Below, piece after piece: positions 10,796-19,426 of a stretch of 64,000 nucleotides of DNA; the first letter of the stretch is position 1; every line of letters begins with the position of its first letter. The DNA is taken from assembly GCA_963782705.1 (NCBI GenBank), contig CAWAKX010000015.1, positions 10,342 through 74,341 on the forward strand. Reading direction: 5' to 3'. Source of the stretch: an uncultured Actinomycetes bacterium (GTDB lineage: Bacteria; Actinomycetota; Acidimicrobiia; IMCC26256; DASPTH01). Position numbers and translations under genes: made by a program. The notes beneath the pieces are model-generated. The model saw nothing but the letters and a program-made list of their open reading frames with translations. It made no database searches and was not told where the DNA came from.

Positions 10796-11332
10796 CCGAT
10801 GGTTTCTGATAGCGACGACATAGCTATGACGTGATCGTGCTCGACATCATGTTGCAGGGTAATGGTACAAGGTGTTCAAGCAGCTACGCGACGCGGGACT
10901 GACACGATCCTGATGCTCACCGAAGGAGTGAGTACAATCATGCTGAAGCGCTCGATGCAGGAGCAATAACTTCCTCACGAAGCTGTTCTCGTTCGTAGTG
11001 CACCTGCCGATCCCGCGCTGCTCGCGATTGCAGACTCGAACATCGTCTACACAAGAGTAACTCGTGATCGATCCAGTGACACATCGTTGTAAGCAGAGCA
11101 ACACCAAGGTCGTGCTACGCTCGAGAGTTTTCAGTGTTCGATTTAATATGCGGCAGTATGAGATCGTCGCGAAGTTAGAATTTCTCGACAACGTGTGGAC
11201 TTCGCGTTCGAAGGTGATCCGAACATCGTAAGGTCTACATGCAGCAACTTCGCAAGAATTCGACGAACGTTGGACGACACTGATCGAAACAATTCTAGAG
11301 TCGGATACGGTCTCGACCCGACAGGCGGCTGA
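10700..11332 (+). pseudogene. Heavily degraded OmpR/PhoP-family response regulator
   Basis: Recoverable SYDVIVLDIML, ILMLT, AEALDAGA, FLTKLFSFVV (for KPFSF), LDNVW/FAFEGDPNIV/VYMQQLRK, IETI..GY; many indels and G->A/C->T changes. Confidence 0.75.
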
Positions 11333-11335
11333 CCT

Positions 11336-11583
11336 GTGCATCGATTAACGACGTTCGGTTCGATCGCGCTCGCCGAGTATCGTCTTCGGCGTCGCATTGA
11401 ATGGATATGATAAGAGTGTAGAATCGTAACGCTCGTAACCGACAATCTAGTCGACAATTCAGCGTAAGTTGTGATTTAGATTGGTTATTGGTTGTTAATG
11501 AGTGTTTGTGAGAGTTAATTAAATAGTATGGGAGGATTTTTATTGATGGATTTTTATTTGGTAAGGTGGATTGTAGATAAGAG
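11336..11583 (+). pseudogene. Possible 5' remnant of the cognate sensor kinase; last 120 nt contain no C
   Basis: Follows the RR stop; RLTTFGSIALA..IVFGVAL resembles a kinase TM1; remainder unreadable or missing. Confidence 0.35.
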
Positions 11584-12081
11584 CATCTTCGGTGTCTGGG
11601 TGACGAGCTGCTCGGCCAGTTGGGCAGTCGGCCACGGAGCATGCTCGCCGGTCGGCGGCGATGCGTCCGTCGGCGACGGCTCGGTCGACCTTCGCGTTCG
11701 CGTTATGCACGACCGTGTCGACAACTTGGTTGGAGGGAACACCTGCGTCGGCTGCGAGCGCGGCGATCGACCGGCCCTCGTCGACTGCTCGCCGCAGGAC
11801 GTCGGGTGCGACGCCGATCGCGGCCGCGGCCACGTCGAGTTCCATACCGGCGAGTCGCCGCAACATCTGCTGTCGCCGCGAGGGCTGTTGTTTCCACCGC
11901 GAGTCGGCGACGACGATCCCATACGACGCTGCATCGAGACGAGCAGCACGATCCGTACGACGCCCATGGCGACCAGCAAGCCGCCGATGAGCGTCTGACC
12001 GGCGGCGAGCAGGATGAGGCCGCCCACCAGACTCACACCGAAGAACAGATACCGCATCGTCCCTATCGAGTTCCGGTTCAT
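11580..12081 (-). CDS. Hypothetical: TM hairpin plus helical domain (paralog 1), frameshifted
   Basis: MRYLFFGVSLVGGLILLAAGQTLIGG + LDVAAAAIGVAPDVLRRAVDEGRSIAALAADAGV; similar to 15024-15713. Confidence 0.7.
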
Positions 12082-12145
12082 CTTATCGCCTCCGCTTCGC
12101 ATGGGCGCTGCTCGTTCGACCATCGCCCTGAACACTGTTGTCACT

Positions 12146-12190
12146 CATGACAACGTCGCCAACGTGAAGGAATCGTCATGGCGAGGTCAG
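12146..12190 (-). promoter_or_regulatory. Conserved promoter with 11-bp-spaced direct repeats (OmpR/PhoP-like box)
   Basis: 26/35 identity to 16473-16507; CGTGAAG / CGTCATG / GGTCAG at 11-bp period. Confidence 0.5.
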
Positions 12191-12419
12191 TCGCCGACCA
12201 AGCTAGGGAACGGAGCGAAACCCGAACGCGCGCACGAGCTGTCACCAGGAGTAGGCGACGCTGTTGCTCGACGACGATGAATGTGAAGCGGCGCAAGGCC
12301 TGACAACCAAAGGCAACGATTCGCACGAAAACTTGCCGTAGCGATGTTGTCGTAGCGAGAACAACTGCTGGACCTATAAGCCGAGGTTCCTGAGTGCTCG
12401 AAACGCTTACCGTTACTGT

Positions 12420-13713
12420 TTCTGAGGCGAGCACAGGCAATGACGACGAAGCCGGGGCCGAGGATTGGTTCAGCGTCGTCCGAGGCAGCCTTCCAACGTG
12501 GTGGCGTACGCCTGGCGGAAGTCGACGGTCATCGGCAGGTTGCCACGCGAGTCGAGTGTGGCAAGGCTGATGTTACCGTGAGACTCCTGACCTTCGAGCC
12601 ATGACGAAGTGTACGCTCACGGCGCCGTGGTTGTACCGCTGCAGTTTTCCTGTGCACGCAGTCGAACTCCGACAATGTCACGACGATCACATTGTCGTCG
12701 ACGCCTGCGGCGGTGATCGAGGTGAAGAAGCGGTCGAGTGCTTCATCGAGATCCACGTGCAGTGCCTGTTGACGCGCGGTTTGACCCTGGTGCGTGTCGT
12801 AGTCACCAACGTTGGTCACATAGACGATCTTGGGCGGATCCTTCGCGGCGACGAGCTGGGCCGCGAGTTCGAGACTCGCGACCGGGGTGCCGTTGGTGTA
12901 CGCGGCTGCAGTCGCGATGGTGATTGTCAGCGCTCGTGGGACCCGTCGAAAGAATGCGGGTGAGATCGACGCGGGCGTCGCTGGTGAGGCCGACGGCGCG
13001 TTGCACCTGACCGAGCAGCGTCGAGCGGTATCGAGGCGCACCGCGGCGCGAACTTGGCCCAGGTCTCCGGCAAGGTGGTGGAGTCCGTGATCCACACCGG
13101 CGCATTCGGTTGGAGGCCCGAAGCGTCGCTGATACTCGTGGCGAACGAGCTTTCTCCCACCAACGCGGGCGAAGGCCCCGGGCCGATGACGATCCCGGCG
13201 AGCGGATCGGAGAATCCGACGGTGTGGTCGAGATAGCGACCGAGCCATCCGGAGGCGCTCGCCTGGCCGGGAGTGCCTGACCACCAGGTCGCGAGGGACG
13301 CGAAGTGTGAGAGATCGTTGTTCGGGTAGCCGATTCCCTCGATGATCGCGACCTGCCCGGCGCGGTATCGGTCGGCCAGCTTCGCGAGGTTGGGGTGCAG
13401 GCCGACGGAACCGTCGAGGTCGATCGGAGTGTCGATCGCGAGCGTGGGCCGAAGTCGGCGATAGTTCGGATCGCTGTACGGGATGACGGTACCGATGCCA
13501 TCGTTGCCGCCGGCGAGCTCGACGAAGACCACCGTGCGATCCTTCGTGCCCGACTGCTTGACCGGGTTGCTCGCGGCGCCCGCAGCGGTCGGACGCGCCC
13601 ACGTGTTGAGCGCGTAGCTGCCCGCGACGAGCGTGCCGGCCGAAACCCACTCCGGCCAGGAACCGGCGCCGGCTGAGTTCGCGGTCGATGTCCAAGGTGC
13701 TTCCGTCGCTCAT
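12420..13713 (-). CDS. DUF1501 family protein with Tat signal; frameshifted, 3' end degraded
   Basis: LSRRRFL; VELAGGNDG..TVIPY, GLHPNL, GIGYPNNDLSHF, YDTHQGQ, TLSEF, VDFRQAYAT. Confidence 0.88.
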
Positions 13714-13715
13714 CG

Positions 13716-15027
13716 TCACACCACCGCGTACTCGGGCGACGCCACCAACAGGGCCAGTCGTCGGGTGTGATCTCGTTCCCGGTTCAAGACATCGCGGCTG
13801 CGGTCGCTCACGTCGACGAGCGCATAGCGATCGAGAAGATCGTCGAGCTTGGTCGGGATTGCCGGCGCCGTCGGGTACACCGACAGCAGGTCGAAAGCAT
13901 GGGTCAGCTGATGCGGTCCGACGAGTCCGAGGCCTTTCGGATAGCCGGCGACGTTGGGCGGCGCGAACGGTATGTAGCCGAGCGTATGGAGCGCGTCGGC
14001 AACCCCAGTTGCCTGACCGTGGAGAACCCGTCGGCCCAGGCGGCCGATGTCGAGACTGCTCGGCGGAATGGCCTGCACGATGCCCACGAGTTTCTCGATC
14101 GGCGAACGCGTCTTCCGCGCGATCGCCTGGTCGGAGGTGAAGGCAGGCTCCGCGACAATGGCCTCGACGAGCGGCATCACCTCGTAGTTCCCGTCGCGGA
14201 ACTTCTTGCCGAGTCGTGTTGCGGCCTTGTCCGACGGCGCGACGCCGACGAGTTCCGTGTAGAGCTTCCCCGCGATGCGCTTCGCCGTGGCTTCATGATT
14301 CAGCAGCACGTCGAGCGCGCCGTCGAGATCAAGGTTGGCCGTCGTGCCGAGCAAAGTCTTCATGCCGTTGTCGTGACGCGCCGGAAGAAATACCGCGTTC
14401 CACGGCGGAGCGAGCGCGTTGAGCGCCGCAAGTTGAGGCAGGCCGAGGATGTTCACCGCCCAACCGGTGAACGCACGCGACGCCTCGATCACGTCTTCCT
14501 CGGTGTAGTTCCCACGCCCGAGCGTGAACAGCTCCATCACTTCGCGTCCGAAGTTTTCGTTCCTGCGCACGCACGGTGTTGCTGACGCCATCGAGGTACC
14601 AGAGCATCGCGGGATCCTTCGAGACTGCGTGCAGCAGTTCGGCGAAGTTCCCGGTTGCGTGGTTCCGAAGCAGGAGGTGCTGCTGCCACATCATGTACGG
14701 AATGCGCACCTTCGCCACGCTCGACGCGAAATGGTCGTGCCAGAACCACACGAGCCGTTCTTCGATGAGTCGCGGGCTCGACTGCATCTGTTGCAGCCAG
14801 AACGTGACGGGCTGCTCCAGGGCGCCGACCGCTTGAGCCGTGTTGTAGTCCGGCGGAGGCGGAATCGCGGGCGGCGCCGCCGCCGGAGCGCTCAGGTCGA
14901 GTGCCCGAGCGATCGCAGCGTCCGAGTCCTTGAGCGTCGCCACCAAGTCGGGTTGGGGCCCCATCGAGAGTCGCCGCAACACGTGGGCGACGGCCACCCG
15001 TTGCTTCGTGCTCGTGTGCTTGCTCAT
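13716..15027 (-). CDS. DUF1800 family protein (frameshift ~14575)
   Basis: ERLVWFWHDHFASS, DPAMLWYLDG, NENFGREVMELFTLG..YTEEDV, PPNVAGYP. Confidence 0.9.
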
Positions 15028-15713
15028 GGCTCCAAGGATGCCGCGCCGACATCAGGGAAATGTGAGGACACGGTGTTCATGACGCCATCACACCGTCTCC
15101 GACGAACCTGAGAGCGCTTCACCGACTGCCCTTCATCATTCCTGCGCGGTCGACCCGCGGCTCTGGCGTTCGCGAGCATTCCCGGTGTGCCGAGGACGAA
15201 CCGCTCGGCCCAGCTCGGGAGCCGGCGTCGCAGGACCTTTGCGCGGTGGGCGGGGAGGGTTCCGGCGGCGACCGCACGGTCGACTCTCGCGGTCGCGTCC
15301 TCGAAGACGGCGGTGATGACCTGACGGGAGGAAACGGCGGCGTCGGCGGCTACTGCCGAGATGGTTCGGCCGTCGTCGACCGCGCGGCGGATCGCGTCGG
15401 GCGTGATGCCGATCGTGGTGGCCGCGACCTCGAGCTCCTGGCGCGCGAGACGTTGGAGCAGCTCATCGCGGCGACCCCCGACACGCCCTCCGCCGGCGGT
15501 CAGGCCCGTGGCCCCGCGCGACGGCGGAACGGCCGTGCCGCGGTCACCGGCGACGCGTCGCTCCATCGTGAACAACATCACGATGCGCACCCCGGCCATC
15601 ACGACCATGATCCCGCCGATCAGGACCTGCCCGACCATCAGGAGGAACGTCCCGGCAACCAGGCCGAACCCAGCGACCATCCAGCGCAACCTCCGCACAC
15701 TGTCCCAGCTCAT
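15024..15713 (-). CDS. Hypothetical: TM hairpin plus helical domain (paralog 2)
   Basis: LEVAATTIGITPDAIRRAVDDGRTISAVAADAAV..RVDRAVAAG; stop overlaps the DUF1800 ATG (ATGA). Confidence 0.7.
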   Translation of the reverse strand: MSWDSVRRLRWMVAGFGLVAGTFLLMVGQVLIGGIMVVMAGVRIVMLFTMERRVAGDRGTAVPPSRGATGLTAGGGRVGGRRDELLQRLARQELEVAATTIGITPDAIRRAVDDGRTISAVAADAAVSSRQVITAVFEDATARVDRAVAAGTLPAHRAKVLRRRLPSWAERFVLGTPGMLANARAAGRPRRNDEGQSVKRSQVRRRRCDGVMNTVSSHFPDVGAASLEP

Positions 15714-15790
15714 CTCGGTCCCTCCGTCACTTCGTGGCACCTGCTCGGTGTCGGCTCCTGTGCTCAGTGTCGGCGGGGCAGTCGAAGCAA

Positions 15791-15820
15791 CTGTCAGGGT
15801 TGTGTGAAGTACCTGTGAGC
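15791..15820 (-). promoter_or_regulatory. PhoP/OmpR-like triple direct repeat
   Basis: - strand TCACAGG-N4-TCACACA-N4-TGACAGT. Confidence 0.5.
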
Positions 15821-15855
15821 TACGACCCCGTGTTGTGAGCTACGACCCCGTGTTG
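15814..15855. repeat. Perfect 20-bp tandem duplication
   Basis: TGTGAGCTACGACCCCGTGT x2. Confidence 0.95.
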
Positions 15856-15891
15856 CGCGGGCCGGCTCCGTCGTGACCGTCCCGGGCGCGA

Positions 15892-15925
15892 CGGTGCCCG
15901 CCGGACGAATGCTCGGCGGGCACCG
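15892..15925 (-). terminator. GC-rich hairpin, likely terminator of 15963-16409
   Basis: 12-bp perfect stem CGGTGCCCGCCG/CGGCGGGCACCG. Confidence 0.6.
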
Positions 15926-15962
15926 GGTCAACCGTCGAGACGGCTGAAGGTTGGTGGTGGTT

Positions 15963-16409
15963 TCAGGCGCTGGCGTGCTGACGGAACTGGTGGTTCATCA
16001 GCGTGTCGATGCGGCTGGAGAGCTTGCTCGTGACCGCGTCGGCCTGTGCCTGGGAGAACCGGCCGCTGGAGACGAGCTGGTCGAGCTTGGTGTTGGCGCC
16101 CTTGATCAACGCGTCGACGACGGTCTGGGGGTCCTTGCCGAGCGAGGTCGCGTACTGGCTGACGGTCTGGCCGGCGCCCAACGCGGCACGCAGGTCCTGG
16201 CGGCTGACGCCGAGGGTGTCGGCGACGACCTTCATCGCGCCGCGGCGGAAGTCGGCCCTGATACGCGGGTGGCCGGCGGCGGTCTGGGTCGACGGCGTGG
16301 CGTTGGTGCTGGTGGAGCTGTCGGCGGCGAACGCGGCGCCGGCGGTGCCGACGGTGAGTGCACCTGCGAGGGCGATACCAGCGGTGAGCTTCTTGATCTT
16401 CGAGTCCAT
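15963..16409 (-). CDS. Secreted hypothetical protein with the same helical domain (paralog 3)
   Basis: Signal peptide MDSKIKKLTAGIALAGALTVGTAGAAFA; VVADTLGVSRQDLRAALGAGQTVSQYATSLG..VVDALI..LDQLVSSG. Confidence 0.8.
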   Translation of the reverse strand: MDSKIKKLTAGIALAGALTVGTAGAAFAADSSTSTNATPSTQTAAGHPRIRADFRRGAMKVVADTLGVSRQDLRAALGAGQTVSQYATSLGKDPQTVVDALIKGANTKLDQLVSSGRFSQAQADAVTSKLSSRIDTLMNHQFRQHASA

Positions 16410-16472
16410 GATCGTGTCCTTCTGTGGGGTGTGGTCTGGGGGTTCGACCCAGCCCCGCTGGGCTGATGTCAC

Positions 16473-16507
16473 CATGACAACGCCGGGAACGTCATGGGAA
16501 CGTGAAG
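16473..16507 (-). promoter_or_regulatory. Conserved promoter / direct-repeat box shared with 12146
   Basis: CATGACAACG...CGTCATG-N4-CGTGAAG. Confidence 0.5.
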
Positions 16508-16705
16508 CCCGCAACAGCGGAAGACCAAGCGGGCCAGGAATCAGGCGCGCCTTCCAGGCTCGTGGGGCGACGTCGCGCAGGGCCCACGCGCGCGTTGTAC
16601 CGTTCGCCGGCAGCGCGACGACCGGCGAAGTGGGTGGCCAGATGGGACTCCTGAGCGTGGAGAAAGCGTGCACTCGGCCCGGTCACGAGACCGCGGGTGC
16701 GCACG

Positions 16706-19236
16706 ATGACGACTCCTGAACCGTCCGACGCGGCGAATGCGACCCGGACTTCGGGCACGTTCGCGGACTCCGGTGGTGCCACGCGGGACGGTGCGGACGA
16801 TCTCGGCGCCGAAGTCGACGCGGCGGTGACGACCGCAACGTTGGACGGTTCACCGCTCGAGCCGTCGTGGCGAAGACGTATGTTCCGCCCCGCGGCCGAA
16901 GGCGCGTTGAGGCGCCGCACCCGTGACTGGTTCGGGCTGCTGGTCGGTCTCACGCTCCTGGTCCTCGCGTCGCTGCATCACGGTGATGTGTCGCACAGCG
17001 AACGCGCTGTCTTCGACGTGTTCAATTCGCTGCCGGCCAGCGGCGCGCCCATCTTCCGCGGCTCTGTATCGGATTGGTTCGCTGTGGGCGATCGGTTTGG
17101 TCGTAGTCGCCGCGTTGGTGGCCGGGCGTCGCCGTCTCGCTCGCGATCTTGTTGTCGCGGCGCTGCTCGCATGGACCGCGGCGCGGGTGCTGAGCGAGAT
17201 CGTCGATGCGCACGAAGACATCACGCACACATTGCGCATCACCGTCTTCGGGAGCGCACCGTCGACCTTCCCGTCTGCACGGGTGGCGATCGTCGTCGCG
17301 GTGATCGGGGCGGCGGCGCCGTATGTGACGCGCCCGGCTCGGGCGCTCGGGTGGACGCTGGTCGTGCTGCTGGGGACTTCCGCGCTGTATCTCGGCACCG
17401 CGTTTCCCAACGACCTCTTCGCCGGCGTGGTGCTGGGCGTCACGGTGGGATGCTTCGTGCATCTCCTCTTTGGCTCGCCGGGGACACGGCCGACCATCGC
17501 CCAGATCACCGAGGCACTCGAGGATCTCGGGCTCACCGTTCGTGACGTCCGGTTCGCGTCCAATCAGCCCGCGTCGTCGACGCTCGTCCTCGCCGAAGAC
17601 GATCAGGGACCCCTTCGCATCCGTGTCGTCGGGCGCGACGACGCACACCAACAACTGCTCGTCAAACTCTGGTTGACCATCATCAACAAGCGATCCGCGC
17701 CACGTTTCGCATTGACTCGCGTGCAGCAGGTGGAACACGAGGCGTATCTACTGCTGGTCGCCGCGCAGAACGGAGTGCATGTTCCGCCCGTCGTGGTCGC
17801 AGGTCGCGCGGGTCCGAAAGCGGCGCTGCTCGTGCAGCGCCCCATCGAGGGAGCTGCGCTCGGAGACCTGCACCGCGACGAAGTCTCCGATGCCCTGTTG
17901 GGCCGCCTGTGGGCTGACGTCGCCGCGCTCGGGACGTGCCGAATCGCGCACGGAGATCTCGACGCCGATCATGTCATCGTCCGCGATGACCAGTCCTGGC
18001 TGGTGGGTTTCGATCTCGCCGAAGTCACCGGAGACCCGGCCAGCCTCGCCTCGAACGTGGCGGAACTGCTCGCGTCCACCGCGGCGCTCATCGGCGACGA
18101 GCACGCAGTCAGAGCCGCGGCTCGCGGGAGTCGGGCCCGACGCAGTCGAGCGGTCCCTGCCCCTGCTGCAACCCGCCGCGTTGTCGTCGACAGTCAGAAG
18201 ACTCAGTGGTGAAGGCCGAGGCGCGTTCGCCGATCGGCTGGAGCGACTGCGCGCGGTCGCCGCCTCGGCGCTGGGCGTCGACCCGCCCGAGCTGGTCCAG
18301 GTGCGGCGCATCACGCTCGCCGGCGCAGTGATGACGGTCGGTGCGCTCGTCGCAGTCGGGGCACTGCTCCTCGATGTCGGCAACCCCGCTGACGTGGCCG
18401 ACACGATGCGCAGCGCGAGTTGGATCTGGATCGCGCTCGCGATCATCATCTCGTTCGCATCCAACATCGCGTACGCGATCGCGTTACAAGGCACCGTGCG
18501 GGTGCCATTACCACTCGTGCCCACCACCGAGTTGCAACTGGGAATGTCGTTCTCGAATCTGGCGATCCCCGGCATCGGCGGTCAAGGAATGCAGGTGCAG
18601 ATTTCTGCAACGATTGGGCGTCGACCTCTCGTCCGCGGTCGCCGCCGGCGGCTTGTTGAGCACCTTCGGTGCCCTCGTCGCCGCACTCGGCTGCTTCCTG
18701 GTTCGCGTTGCTCGTCGCACCAGCGCAAAGTGGACCTCTCACTCATCCCCACGAACGGACTGCTGCTCACCCTCCTCATCGTCGCGGCACTCGTCGTTCT
18801 CGTGAGTGGCATCATCGGCTTCGTCCCGAAGCTGCGAGGGCGGGTACTTCCTCCGTTGTCACGCGCCACGACGGCGATCACCGATGCGCTGCGATCGCCG
18901 CGTCACGTCACCTTGTTGATCGGCGGCAACGTCGTGGCGACCGTGATGTCCACCTGGTGCCTCCAGGCCTGTCTCGTCGGATTCGGCGGCCACGTGTCCT
19001 TCTGGGCGCTGCTCGCCACCAACGTCGGCGTCGTGACCATCGCCTCCATCGTGCCGATCCCAGGCGGAGGAGCCGCCGTCGGTACCGTCGGGCTGTCTGC
19101 AGTGCTCGTGTCATTCGGCGTGCCCAAAGAGATCGCCATCGCCGCGGTCCTCGCCAACCAACTCGCCTTCAATTACCTCCCGGCGATCCCCGGCTGGTTC
19201 GCCACCCGCGACCTCGTCCGGCGCGACTACCTCTGA
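16706..19236 (+). CDS. Large membrane protein: PAP2-like TM region, kinase-like domain and lysylphosphatidylglycerol-synthase/flippase-like TM domain; frameshifted
   Basis: FPSARVA, QVEHEAYLLL, RIAHGDLDADHV, VPIPGGGAAV, YLPAIPGWFATRDL. Confidence 0.75.
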
Positions 19237-19365
19237 CCACAGCTTCTGGAGGGCCTCGCTGCGCAACTTCGGCCTTGTGAACGGAACAGCACTCACCGAC
19301 GAGCCGCGGGCGTCGACCGATCACCGGCGATGCGGCCGGCCATCGAACCCGGTCACCCCCAACAG

Positions 19366-19400
19366 GCTGAGGACGCGGGTTCGATGCCCGTCACCCGTTC
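19366..19400 (+). repeat. Degenerate copy of tRNA-Gly 3' half (putative attR)
   Basis: GCTGAGGACGCGGGTTCGATGCCCGTCACCCGTTC vs 7682-7716, 3 mismatches. Confidence 0.8.
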
Positions 19401-19426
19401 GTCCCACTTCCAGCCGGCGCGCCGCG

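Larger units (their letters stand above)
7719..19400. mobile_element. tRNA-Gly-anchored genomic island (~11.7 kb), no integrase visible
   Basis: Bounded by tRNA 3' end and its 32/35 copy at 19366-19400; IS remnant at left edge; visibly more A/T at third codon positions than flanks. Confidence 0.7.

Noticed and set aside
10418-11583. Diversity-generating retroelement variable region
   Set aside because: DGRs mutate adenines and need a template repeat and reverse transcriptase; here C is lost and neither component is in the window.
10847-11642. Minus-strand ORFs over the damaged region
   Set aside because: No motifs; the recognisable coding signal is the + strand response regulator.
19330-19405. 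Second intact tRNA gene
   Set aside because: Only the 3' half matches; no D-arm, 5' acceptor strand or CCA.
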